Origin: a virus
Length of the DNA: 64,000 nucleotides
Virus record (IMG/VR): IMGVR_UViG_3300037348_000049
Coordinates: 1-64,000 of that record
Reading direction: 5' to 3' (one strand)
The position numbers were made by a program, and so were the translations under genes. The notes below the pieces were generated by a model, which was not told the origin of the DNA, ran no database searches, and was given only the letters and a program-made list of their open reading frames with translations. Shown here piece after piece: positions 1 to 9,479 of the stretch (position 1 is the first letter of the stretch; every line of letters starts with the position of its first letter).

Positions 1-56
1 CTGAACCAACTGAACCAACTGAACCAACTGAACCAACTGAACCAACTGAACCAACC
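1..56 (+). repeat. 9-bp tandem repeat CTGAACCAA (about 6 copies), encoding EPT repeats
   Basis: Read directly from the sequence; in frame with the first CDS. Confidence 0.95.
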
Positions 57-1673
57 GCGAAAGCTAAGCCCGCTAAGCCCGCTAAGCCCGCTAAGCCCGT
101 TCCAAAAACGGTAGATGATACCAGAGAGTTGCCTACTACTAAAGAAGAGCCACCTCTACTTCCGCCAACTAATACTACAGAAGGCCCGCCTAAAGATAGG
201 ATCGACGACGGCGGCGACATTGTGCACAGTCCTATAACTGATGAAGAGCGCACCGAGGCAATTAGAAAAAAGATACCTGCCTTCATAACTAAAATGGGAC
301 GCATACTAGAATACTTTGACAATAACGGAAAGAGGAAGCAAGCTTCCGACCCGTTTGAGCTACTGAACTCGCTAGCCGAAGCGTATCCAAACGCTAAATT
401 TACTCCCGAGGGCGACGCGCTAATTCTCGATCGCAGAATAGACAGCGACGGTAGGGTTTTTGAGCTCAGGGCATCTAATACTGGGTCTAAGGCCTTAGTC
501 TACTCCATGAATTGGACTGACCCCGAGACTGGCAAAGTTGAAACTCTAATTCACTACGACAAGCGTCACTCTATAACATCAGTCTTTAGGAAAGACAACT
601 CCTCGGATGGTCTGATGGCTAAACTACTCAGCGTTGAGCCATTGAAGCAGGGAAATGCTTCACCTATTCCTGGTTTCGGCGAGGCCTCTCTCAGAGAGCG
701 TGCTGAGTGGTACAAGATGAAGCAGAAAATGTTTACCCCAGAAGGTCTTGCAACTTTCTATGGCAATGGCCGTCCAAAGATTTTCCACAAAGACAAGGGC
801 ACATTCAAGCACCGAGACGTACTTAGTATTTGGGAAGCTTACCCTGAGTACAAGGACGATCCTAGCGACCCTGAGCTGAAAGACGCCATATATCACGGTC
901 TACTTGGAGTATTTGGAAGATTGCCTATTGACCCACGTGTCCACAGGGAAGCTAGAAGGCAATTAAGATTAGAGTTTAGAAAGCGTTTCCCTAAAGAAAA
1001 CGCTCGCAAGATGGGTGCACTAATTACTAATGCCTCTAGGATGTCTATGGGCAAAACATACGATCTAGACCCCGATACTAAAGCTAACCCTTATGCATCA
1101 AAGAACCGTGTCACCCCTATCGAGCCGGGTCAGATTGTGGAGTACACAAACAACAAGGAAGAGCTAATAAACCTTGTAGTTACTGGCTACGCACCAAACG
1201 TCAACGTTAGCCCGGGCAATGAAGGCTACGATTACAACGACTTTATATACCTAAAAGATGCCGATGGAAAAACTGTACGTCTTAACGCCATACAGTTGAG
1301 GATACTAAAAAACCAGGACACCCCCTTAACTAAATATAGTCCAAATATTGAAGGTAAAGAGCTACGGGATCATCGAGCAAAACTTGGATTCTATGACGAT
1401 TCATCCACCGACAGACCTAATAACCCAACAGGTGTTGACACGTTTGCTGGAGAGCCCGACGCCCCGTTACCAGGTGTTATAGATGATCTAGAGCCTGGAG
1501 ACGTGCTTCCTAACCTAAATGGTGAAGGCATTCTTGGGGAGATTATATCCTCTAGGTTTGTTAGAGGCAAAGATGACGAAGAAGGAATTGCGTTTACGGT
1601 AGTAACTGATAGCGGTGAGACTAAAATCGTAGTGTATGCTCTTGGTAAAGAGATACCACCAAAAAAAGACTAG
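3..1673 (+). CDS. 5'-truncated large protein (C-terminal part of a probable polyvalent/virion-associated protein)
   Basis: The frame is open from position 3 (EPT x6, AKP x4, then VPKTVDDTRE into the tracked ORF at 129), so the true start is upstream of the window. The C-terminus has two short beta-rich, SH3-like segments. Confidence 0.75.
   Translation, partial: EPTEPTEPTEPTEPTEPTAKAKPAKPAKPAKPVPKTVDDTRELPTTKEEPPLLPPTNTTEGPPKDRIDDGGDIVHSPITDEERTEAIRKKIPAFITKMGRILEYFDNNGKRKQASDPFELLNSLAEAYPNAKFTPEGDALILDRRIDSDGRVFELRASNTGSKALVYSMNWTDPETGKVETLIHYDKRHSITSVFRKDNSSDGLMAKLLSVEPLKQGNASPIPGFGEASLRERAEWYKMKQKMFTPEGLATFYGNGRPKIFHKDKGTFKHRDVLSIWEAYPEYKDDPSDPELKDAIYHGLLGVFGRLPIDPRVHREARRQLRLEFRKRFPKENARKMGALITNASRMSMGKTYDLDPDTKANPYASKNRVTPIEPGQIVEYTNNKEELINLVVTGYAPNVNVSPGNEGYDYNDFIYLKDADGKTVRLNAIQLRILKNQDTPLTKYSPNIEGKELRDHRAKLGFYDDSSTDRPNNPTGVDTFAGEPDAPLPGVIDDLEPGDVLPNLNGEGILGEIISSRFVRGKDDEEGIAFTVVTDSGETKIVVYALGKEIPPKKD
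63..98 (+). repeat. 9-bp tandem repeat GCTAAGCCC x4, encoding AKP repeats
   Basis: Read directly from the sequence; in frame with the first CDS. Confidence 0.95.
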
Positions 1674-1690
1674 CCCCCAATCAGGGGGGC
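1661..1690 (+). other. candidate -1 programmed ribosomal frameshift signal
   Basis: In-frame A_AAA_AAA heptamer (1661-1667), a 5-nt spacer, then the hairpin GCCCCC-AATCAG-GGGGGC (1673-1690). The -1 frame is open from 1649 to 4354. Confidence 0.6.
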
Positions 1691-1789
1691 GGTAGCCCAG
1701 AAGGGACTAACGATGGATCAGGACCAGGAGCCGAAAGTGACCCAGGGGGATCGGGACCAGATGGCAAAAGTCTACCCTCAGGAGAGGGA

Positions 1790-4354
1790 GTGGACGGACG
1801 CGGAAATCGAGATGGCAAAAGCCCTTGGTCATCTCTAGATAGTCAACTACCCGAGGCAACTCGCGCTCAAGAGTTACGTGACTCTGGCTCATCTACTCCG
1901 GATTTATTTGAACTAGACCCTCAAAAAGACGCTGAGGCATTCCGAGACGCAATTCAGAAGCTAAAAGAGAGCAATAAATACTCAGCATCTGTCTATGTTT
2001 ACGATGTCGAAGAGTATCGTAACATGCGACTTTTCTCAACCGAAGATGGTACTGCTGGTATTGCACTGAAACCAGATGGCGACATTGTCTCCGGGTTTGT
2101 CTACGCTGACTCCCCACATAAAAGAGCCATCTCATCTATGCTGTCTCAAATGGTCGAGCTTGGCGGCGATCGTTTGGATGCTTTTGACACGGTACTACCA
2201 GGGATATACGCTAATTCTGGGTTCAAGCCAGTAGCCAGAGTTCGTTGGGACAATGAGTTCGCACCAGATGGCTGGGATAAAGAAACCTACAGTAAATTTA
2301 ATAATGGTGAACCAGATGTAGTAATTATGGCGTATGACTCAGATCGTGTCGGATCTGAGTACGACCCTACAGAAGGAGAAGTCTTTGATGACTATGATGC
2401 AGCCATGGAGGCCCGCAATACAGAGCTAGAGGAACTAAAAAAAGAAAAAGAGCCGGATCTTTCTCCTGACAATGAGTACGCTGATCCTGACCCCGGCCAC
2501 GCGGAGATCGAAGCAAATAAAGTTAAATTTGACAACAACCTATTCTATTCAGTTATGATTCCCCGAGTGCTGCTAGAAGATTTGAATGAGACAAGTGCTC
2601 TCGAAAATGATGAAGAAAATTTCATATACAAGCCGGGTAAATACATCCTAAAAGGTGATCGACTGAATGGGTTAATTTCTGCCATTGAGAACAGGATAGA
2701 ACTCTACCGTGACGACAGAGAAGGCTACTCTGATGTAGGACCTTCGGCCATCAGGGCCCTAAAAAACTTTAGAGTAGCTAGTAAAAACCCTGTAGACGCT
2801 ACGGCCGAAAAAGCACCTGCAAAAAATAAAAAGGATGAACGCCGCAAATTAGTCGACAAGCTTGTCGAAGCATCCTTCAATTTCTCGGAGACGGAAAATC
2901 TAGGACAGCTTTCGGAGGCAGAAGTCATAGAAAGTCGAACTGCTATGTGGCCGAATAGTAAAGCCTATTTAGAGAGAAAAATTGCGGAAGGTGGTGACTT
3001 CGACGGGTCACGTACTGCAAGATTAAAAAGAGGACTAGACGGCTTTATACAAGAAGGTCTAGACTCCCTGAGAGAGCTTAGGGAAGCAGAAAGAGCACTG
3101 GCCATATTTGACGGAGAATTAGCAGGGGAGCCAGAGAACGCTCCCGAAGCTCCCTCGATAGAGACAGGCTCGCCTGGCCCCGTCTCGAGAGAGCGTCCTT
3201 CTTTCGATGCAGGGATCTCTGACTTTGAGGTCGACGATAGCGAATTGGAGACCGGCGAAGAAGAGGACCTATCTTCCGCGGTGAAGCTTAAAAGGCTAAT
3301 AGCCAATAACCCTGGCCTCTCTAGATTTATAAATCGTATGGCTAAGGCTCCTGTGCGAAACCCAGTAAAAACGCTGCAGAGCGCAAGAGACCTGAAGAAA
3401 GCACTTGCGGACCTTGACGTGTCTGACTTTGAGGTAGAGGGGTTCACTCCAAGCGTAAGTCATTCAGGAATGAGTCGCTCTGACATAAACTTAATTAGGG
3501 ATAATCTTTCTGCTAATAATATAACCGTTTCCCCAGAAGAAGCAAGAGACCTGGCGGATATCCTCAACTACGTAATTAACTTTGAAGGTATGACCACCGA
3601 AGAAGCTGTTATAGCCGCACTAAAGAAAGACGGGATTAGATACTCTAACAAAAATAATATTGCCGTCAAATCTGTAGATCTCCCGATCACATTTGAAAAC
3701 GAAGATTCTAAAGAGTTACCGGATCCTAAGACGGCTATACTGGTTACCACTCCGAAAGAGACCAAAGATATTCTTGCTGCCATGGGCAAGATAAATGCTT
3801 TTTTTGAGAGTGAAGGATCGCTTCCGGGCACCTTAGATCCAAACGCTATCTCCATTAGAGTTGTGCCAAATCAAAATGCCTTCGACAACCTATACAACTT
3901 GTTAGACATAACAGAGACAGGTAGAATAAAATCTCGTGCTACCACTTTTGGTGCAAACATACCCAACCTTGTAGAGCTCCCAGTTGAAGAATACCTAGCC
4001 GGTAGAATTCCCCTAACCGACAACAGAGATCTGAGCAGCAACATCATACTAAACTTAAAGTTCCTCAGGGAATACGCAGATAAGACTAAATTTGAATCAG
4101 GTTCCAGAATTCAGGAAACATTAATCCACGAATTTGGCCACACTCTTCATCGATCCTTCGGCCTCAGTTGGGGTCGTAAAAAGACTGTCAGTAGTCTTGG
4201 CGAGTACTACAGCGTGTTCAAGCAATTTGTCTCGGATTACGGAACAACAAGCCCTAAAGAGCACTTTTCCGACTCGTTTTCGCAGTACCTCCTAACCGGT
4301 GATTCTCCCCAGGGGTGGAAAGCATTCATGAAATCTCAGGGTATACTTAAATGA
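1790..4354 (+). CDS. polyvalent-type protein: GNAT-like acetyltransferase domain plus C-terminal zincin (HExxH) metallopeptidase
   Basis: LDAFDTVLPGIYANSGF resembles the GNAT Y-x3-GF motif. IHEFGHTLH followed by VSDYGTTSPKEHFSDSF is a zincin signature with a downstream Glu. The frame is open back to 1649. Confidence 0.65.
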   Translation: MDGRGNRDGKSPWSSLDSQLPEATRAQELRDSGSSTPDLFELDPQKDAEAFRDAIQKLKESNKYSASVYVYDVEEYRNMRLFSTEDGTAGIALKPDGDIVSGFVYADSPHKRAISSMLSQMVELGGDRLDAFDTVLPGIYANSGFKPVARVRWDNEFAPDGWDKETYSKFNNGEPDVVIMAYDSDRVGSEYDPTEGEVFDDYDAAMEARNTELEELKKEKEPDLSPDNEYADPDPGHAEIEANKVKFDNNLFYSVMIPRVLLEDLNETSALENDEENFIYKPGKYILKGDRLNGLISAIENRIELYRDDREGYSDVGPSAIRALKNFRVASKNPVDATAEKAPAKNKKDERRKLVDKLVEASFNFSETENLGQLSEAEVIESRTAMWPNSKAYLERKIAEGGDFDGSRTARLKRGLDGFIQEGLDSLRELREAERALAIFDGELAGEPENAPEAPSIETGSPGPVSRERPSFDAGISDFEVDDSELETGEEEDLSSAVKLKRLIANNPGLSRFINRMAKAPVRNPVKTLQSARDLKKALADLDVSDFEVEGFTPSVSHSGMSRSDINLIRDNLSANNITVSPEEARDLADILNYVINFEGMTTEEAVIAALKKDGIRYSNKNNIAVKSVDLPITFENEDSKELPDPKTAILVTTPKETKDILAAMGKINAFFESEGSLPGTLDPNAISIRVVPNQNAFDNLYNLLDITETGRIKSRATTFGANIPNLVELPVEEYLAGRIPLTDNRDLSSNIILNLKFLREYADKTKFESGSRIQETLIHEFGHTLHRSFGLSWGRKKTVSSLGEYYSVFKQFVSDYGTTSPKEHFSDSFSQYLLTGDSPQGWKAFMKSQGILK

Positions 4355-4533
4355 TGAAGAAAAAAGCGGTTACAGTGCTACCAATTACTATCGACACTGA
4401 AGACGGACCTGTCGAAGAGTTAGTAAACTTAGATGATCTGACCTTAGATCAGATAACAGAGCTTGCGAGAGCTGACAAATCTTATATCCCTTACGCACTA
4501 TCTAGGTACTTAGAAGAGCCACTAGACAAATAG
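4351..4533 (+). CDS. small hypothetical protein
   Basis: ATGA start/stop overlap with the upstream gene; 60 aa. Confidence 0.6.
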   Translation: MMKKKAVTVLPITIDTEDGPVEELVNLDDLTLDQITELARADKSYIPYALSRYLEEPLDK

Positions 4534-4544
4534 TTGGTAATATA

Positions 4545-4553
4545 TGATAAGAT
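4545..4553 (+). promoter_or_regulatory. extended -10 promoter element TGATAAGAT
   Basis: TGn+TANNNT pattern in the AT-rich gap before the head operon; near-identical boxes at 28185 (+) and 47489 (-). Confidence 0.5.
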
Positions 4554-4596
4554 TATAGCTAGATCCAACTAGCTATAGAAAAAGATTAGGATCAAA

Positions 4597-4989
4597 ATGG
4601 CTGAAGAGCAATTCGAACTTTCTGGCGACCCTACGATCTACTTCTACGTAGATAAGGAAACCGAGCAAGTAGATGGAATCTACATGTTTAGCATGTTTGG
4701 CATAATGGGCCGAATTAAGGGGGAAGACTGGGAGATAGCCTCTCGTGCAGAAGAGCCTCTGAACGGTTACATCACCTCTCCTGAAAAATATACGGTCTAC
4801 GCTTTTGACTGGGATACTGACATTCTTCTTGCAGAAGATTCTGACCCAGACGACGATGAAGAGTGGAACCCAGTAGTAATCCAAGCCTGGGGACGTGGCG
4901 AAGACCTCTCTGTAGACGACATCTCAGGGTTTAGCAGAGTAATTTCGGCCGGTGAATCGGTTGACCCCTCTGAAGTAACCCCATCTTAA
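4597..4989 (+). CDS. acidic hypothetical protein in the head module
   Basis: 130-aa ORF with AGGA upstream, immediately before the protease gene. Confidence 0.75.
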   Translation: MAEEQFELSGDPTIYFYVDKETEQVDGIYMFSMFGIMGRIKGEDWEIASRAEEPLNGYITSPEKYTVYAFDWDTDILLAEDSDPDDDEEWNPVVIQAWGRGEDLSVDDISGFSRVISAGESVDPSEVTPS

Positions 4990-4998
4990 TAACGGAGT

Positions 4999-7900
4999 AT
5001 GATGAGCACTAATCGTATGTACACTATCCCTGGCGGCGTTCAGAATGAAGCTAAAAAGGCTCTAAACTGGCGCAAGGAGGCCAAGCGAGGTGGCACACCG
5101 GTAGGAATTAATAGCGCGCGTACTCTTTCAAAGGGTGGTCAAATTGGTATCGAAAAAATTCGTCACATTGCTAAATACTTTCCTCGTCATGAGGTTGACA
5201 AGAAAGCAAAAGGCTATGAGCGCGGAGAAGATGGATTTCCATCTAACGGCCGCATTTCATGGGCTCTTTGGGGTGGGGACGCCGGGCAGAGATGGGCTTC
5301 TGCAATTGTAGAGCGTGAAAACAAAAGAGCCATCGCTGCAGGTGGATATGATCTATCTCATGGCGAATCCGATTACAGAGAAACGCCCCACTATGAGCCT
5401 GACCTCAGTGCGTTTAAGCAAGCCCACGAATTAGACCTATTCCTTGGGCCAGAATTCATGGTTCGTATACGTCTAGACAATTCTGGTATAGATCGTCTAT
5501 ATAAAATTGATGTTGATGGAATGGTATCCGTCTGGGACGACTGCGGCTGGGACGACATGGGCCACGTTGATGGTGATGTTTATTCATACGACCGAGCTTT
5601 AGATGCTGATATTGAAACTTCCGAGTTCGACCATGTAATAATAGACCCCTCTGCTGCGGTAATTATTTCAGCCTTTCTACAGGCTAGACCTAATCAGCCG
5701 GTTAGATTAGATGAGATAGACCCAGAAGAAACCAGGCTTGTAGCCGATGGTCTTATGGAAGAAGACTTTGTAATGATCGACAGGGTTATTACTGCTGCCG
5801 GGACCACAGATTCCCCTACAGATAAAGACGGTGACTTTACTCCTGAAGAAAGATCTAATCTAGCCAAAACTCAGCCGAGAGACGCTAGTGGGCTTTTTGT
5901 TAAGGTCGGCTCGCGAACTGTTGTTGGCGGAGACACAGAGCGAGGTTCTGGAGTAATTACCGGGATTGATTACGCGATGGGAAAAGTTAAGGTAAAACTT
6001 GACAGCGGAAAAGATATTTCCGTGGACTCTAAATTCACGCAAGGTGAAGACTCCGTTGAGGGGCCGATGCCAATTCCAAAAAACATCGCTCCCTTAGACC
6101 TCAGCGGTATCGTTGCCGAGCCCAGGACCCCAAGAAACTCTCCAATTGCTCGTCTACCCGGGACACTGCCAGTTTTGAGTGATAAAGATATTAATTCCAT
6201 TATTAATGATTTTCCATCATATGTAGCAAAAATGCGTAAGTCTTATAAAACTTATGATGACAAGCCTAAGGGTTTAAAGGCATATGACAAGAAATTAGTT
6301 AAAGAACGTCACGGTATAAACGCCGCCGCCACTGGTGACGTAGATCAGATTAACGACCCGTCGGAATCGGACGTCACTGCTAAATACTTAGCGATCGTGT
6401 CTCCTGACGACAAGGGTGCGGTAATGGATTTGATTGCAATTGTTCCTGCAGCAACAAGCTCTACGCAGCCGGAAATATACGAGCGCAAAGAGGGCAAGTG
6501 GCAGAGAAGTGAACAGCTTCTAATGGACTTAAAATCATCAACACCACCTCCCGTAGTCGAGCTTGATGATAAAAAAGTTCTAGACGATGTACTTAAGCAA
6601 GCTGACGAGGCTTCACCTATGCAGGCATCCGCATACGAATTCTCCATTTTCTGGGAAAGAGTAGTGGAGCCGTTGCTCTCAGCTGGTGGTGCTGACCGTA
6701 ACCGTGGTAATGCAGATGCACTTCGTCGCTACTGGACTAAGGGCAAGGGCGCAGCAAAAATCCGTTGGAACACTCCCGGTGATTGGACTCGCTGTGTTCG
6801 CCAGCTCTCTAAATACATGGGCCCACGCGCGAAGGGCTACTGCCAACTTCGCCACAAGGAAGTAACTGGTGTCTACACTGGAAGCGAAAAAAATGTTGGA
6901 AAGAGAAAGGGCTTAAAAGCTTCTACTTCTCTATTTGCAACTGAGAAAGAATTTGATTCAGCAGTCTTTGAAAAGTCTCGTCTAGCAGCAATAGCATCCG
7001 ATGCGCGTGAAAAGGTTGCTCTAATCGCTGATGCTTCCTATGGTAAGTCCGGGGCTGAATTCTACATACCTCTGATTGTGCCTGAAGAAGCCGAATCTGG
7101 TGATGGTAGAAAATTTAAAAAAGGCTCGATAAGCGTACGTGACTTACCGATCCCGCTTCTTTGGCAGATTAAAACTGGTGCAGGCCACGATGGATCCGTA
7201 GTTGTAGGTCGAATTGACTACGTTGAAAGGATTGAGGGAGGTGTTGGAAACGCTCGTGGTGTTTTTGATTCCGGCCCTTACGGTCGCGAGGCAGAGAGAT
7301 TAGTTAGATATGGTTTCTTGCGTGGAGTCTCCGTGGATTTAGATCAATTTGAGGCACAAGAAAACAAGAGCCCAAAGACTGAAAACTCTGAAGATGGCGA
7401 AGTTATGGGCAAGGATAAATTAACCATAAACAAGGCCCGTATTATGGCTGCTACAATTGTAGCTAAGCCTGCATTTCAGGAGTGCAGCATATCATTGCAA
7501 GAACAAGGGGAGCAGGAGTACGAAGTGACCCCTAAAGATGGCATATATGAAGAATGCATTGACGGTTTTTGCGACCTTGAACCAATCATGGCTTCTGGGT
7601 ACCTGGAATCCGAGATTCCAATGGCACCACCTGCCCAATGGTTTGCTGACCAGAAACTTCTCAAGCCAACGCCACTAACTATAGATAAAGACGGTCGTGT
7701 CTACGGACACATAGCCGCGTGGCACATTAGCCACATTGGACTGCCACGCTCAACTAAGCCTCCTCGATCTCGTAGCAAGTACGCATACTTCAACACTGGA
7801 GTAGTTAGTACTGCCGAGGGCACTGATGTCACTGTTGGTCAACTAACCCTTGCTGGTGGCCATGCTCCACTAAATGCGGACGCCTCATCTGCTGCCAGAC

Positions 7901-9363
7901 ATTACGACGACACCGCCTCAGCTATTGCAGATGTACATGCTGGCGAGGATCAGTTTGGTATTTGGGTATCTGGCTGCTTGCGTCCAGACGCTGATGAAAT
8001 GCAGATACGAGCACTTCGCGCCTCAGCACCTTCTGGGGACTGGCGTCCAATTAATGGGTCCTTAGAACTGGTTGCTGTTTGTCAAGTTAACGTTCCTGGA
8101 TTCCCTACTGCACGTGCAATGATTGCATCCGGCAAAATATTCGCGCTTGTTGCCGCTGGAGCTAGCCACATGGCAGTACTAAAAAGCCAAGCAGTTCAGA
8201 CGTTATCTCAGAAAGCAAACACTCTAGGTCAGCTCGCCGCTACTGCTCCAGACCTAAAGATGAGAGTAAGGGCTGCCAAGAAATCTCTTCGCGAGGCCAA
8301 TCTAGAGGCAATAACCGCTAGCGCTACCCTGATGAAGGAAAAATCACTAATTGCGGCTGCCGTATCAGAGCTGGCTAAGATCCCAAGTGATCTAAGGATG
8401 GAGTTAGCAGAAAAGGGCTACGCCATGAAAGATGGCTCTTACCCCATTCGTGACACTTCTGATTTACAAAACTCCATTAAAGCGTACGGAAGAGCAAAAG
8501 ACTCTGAGAAATCCGCAGTGCGTAAGCACATAACTAAGCGTGCTCGTCAATTAAAGGGATTTAGTATGATTCCTCAGGGATGGGCTTATGCAAACTCTAC
8601 GGAAGCAGCCGACAAGGTTGACTTAATGCGTAGATCAATCACTGCCGCAGCAAATTCTGATTGTGGTTGCGACTTACCTGTTGAAACAGTGGTGGCTGCT
8701 GTCCCGAAAGATGAAATCTCTGAAACTGAGCTAAAGAAGCTAAAAGACGCAAAGTCTGAAGCCGACAAGCAAACCGAAAAAGAGATTGAAGCAGCTAAAG
8801 CAGTCAAATCTGGTAAGGCGGACATTGAGGATCTAGATGAGGACGGTAAGCCTAAATACGTTTCTGGTGTAAACCAGCCACGTGACGCAAAAGGTAAGTA
8901 CCGCACAGTTCTAGCTCGCCTAAAACAGAACTTAGGTGTTGCAGGTCTGGCAAAAGCATTGAAAAAAGCTGAAGATGCTGAAAACCTAGACTTTGCTGGT
9001 GACTATCGGGCTTCTGCGGACGCAAGCGGCGAGCTGATCGGCATGATCGACCGAATTGACTCAAAAGCCTTAAATTCAGAAGCGTTGGAGAATGTTCGCG
9101 CAACTGCCGGAGAGTTGGGCAAGGTTATTTCGAATCTGCCCCTGCCTTTCGGTAAGGACGCAGAAAAACTAAAGTTTAGCGATCTACCGTTTGGACTAAA
9201 GGATTTAATCAAGAAAATGATTACCCGAGTCGAGGCAAAAATCGGTAAAGAGGATGCAAATATTGCTACGCAAAGTTTGAAATCCTACATGTCGGGTGCA
9301 GATCTGTACTCTCAGGGTGAAGTTCAATCTGAGATGAGCAAGTTGCTCCGACTCCTTACCTAA
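4999..9363 (+). CDS. multi-domain capsid maturation (prohead) protease
   Basis: Lies directly upstream of the major capsid gene. ESGDGRKF...LPIPLLWQ...GHDGSVVVGRID...RGVSVDLD...RIMAATIVAKPAF fits an HK97-type prohead protease. A second similar module runs GRVYGHIA...SGDWR...LELVAVCQVNVPGF. Accessory modules include ISWALWGGDAG, LRRYWTKG...GDWTRC and DGSYPIRD...DLQNSIKAYGRA. Confidence 0.7.
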   Translation: MMSTNRMYTIPGGVQNEAKKALNWRKEAKRGGTPVGINSARTLSKGGQIGIEKIRHIAKYFPRHEVDKKAKGYERGEDGFPSNGRISWALWGGDAGQRWASAIVERENKRAIAAGGYDLSHGESDYRETPHYEPDLSAFKQAHELDLFLGPEFMVRIRLDNSGIDRLYKIDVDGMVSVWDDCGWDDMGHVDGDVYSYDRALDADIETSEFDHVIIDPSAAVIISAFLQARPNQPVRLDEIDPEETRLVADGLMEEDFVMIDRVITAAGTTDSPTDKDGDFTPEERSNLAKTQPRDASGLFVKVGSRTVVGGDTERGSGVITGIDYAMGKVKVKLDSGKDISVDSKFTQGEDSVEGPMPIPKNIAPLDLSGIVAEPRTPRNSPIARLPGTLPVLSDKDINSIINDFPSYVAKMRKSYKTYDDKPKGLKAYDKKLVKERHGINAAATGDVDQINDPSESDVTAKYLAIVSPDDKGAVMDLIAIVPAATSSTQPEIYERKEGKWQRSEQLLMDLKSSTPPPVVELDDKKVLDDVLKQADEASPMQASAYEFSIFWERVVEPLLSAGGADRNRGNADALRRYWTKGKGAAKIRWNTPGDWTRCVRQLSKYMGPRAKGYCQLRHKEVTGVYTGSEKNVGKRKGLKASTSLFATEKEFDSAVFEKSRLAAIASDAREKVALIADASYGKSGAEFYIPLIVPEEAESGDGRKFKKGSISVRDLPIPLLWQIKTGAGHDGSVVVGRIDYVERIEGGVGNARGVFDSGPYGREAERLVRYGFLRGVSVDLDQFEAQENKSPKTENSEDGEVMGKDKLTINKARIMAATIVAKPAFQECSISLQEQGEQEYEVTPKDGIYEECIDGFCDLEPIMASGYLESEIPMAPPAQWFADQKLLKPTPLTIDKDGRVYGHIAAWHISHIGLPRSTKPPRSRSKYAYFNTGVVSTAEGTDVTVGQLTLAGGHAPLNADASSAARHYDDTASAIADVHAGEDQFGIWVSGCLRPDADEMQIRALRASAPSGDWRPINGSLELVAVCQVNVPGFPTARAMIASGKIFALVAAGASHMAVLKSQAVQTLSQKANTLGQLAATAPDLKMRVRAAKKSLREANLEAITASATLMKEKSLIAAAVSELAKIPSDLRMELAEKGYAMKDGSYPIRDTSDLQNSIKAYGRAKDSEKSAVRKHITKRARQLKGFSMIPQGWAYANSTEAADKVDLMRRSITAAANSDCGCDLPVETVVAAVPKDEISETELKKLKDAKSEADKQTEKEIEAAKAVKSGKADIEDLDEDGKPKYVSGVNQPRDAKGKYRTVLARLKQNLGVAGLAKALKKAEDAENLDFAGDYRASADASGELIGMIDRIDSKALNSEALENVRATAGELGKVISNLPLPFGKDAEKLKFSDLPFGLKDLIKKMITRVEAKIGKEDANIATQSLKSYMSGADLYSQGEVQSEMSKLLRLLT

Positions 9364-9372
9364 AAAGTAGGG

Positions 9373-9378
9373 TAAAAT
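9373..9378 (+). promoter_or_regulatory. putative -10 element TAAAAT for the capsid transcript
   Basis: GGGTAAAAT just after the protease stop, followed by a leader of about 95 nt rich in hairpins. Confidence 0.4.
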
Positions 9379-9479
9379 TATCCCTAGGTGGAGCGCCTCT
9401 CGTTTTTACGCAGAGTCCCTCGGCCTTGACTGTAATCAAGGATGCTAGACATCCAAAAATAACTGGCCTAGGAGGTACA

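Noticed and set aside
1-98. Short direct repeats as a CRISPR array
   Set aside because: 9-bp units with no spacers, in frame within a CDS. The Cas4-like gene at 30053 sits in a recombination module with no other cas genes.
9426-9479. Tracked TTG start of the capsid ORF
   Set aside because: No RBS and it lies within the structured leader; the GGAGG-preceded GTG at 9480 is better.
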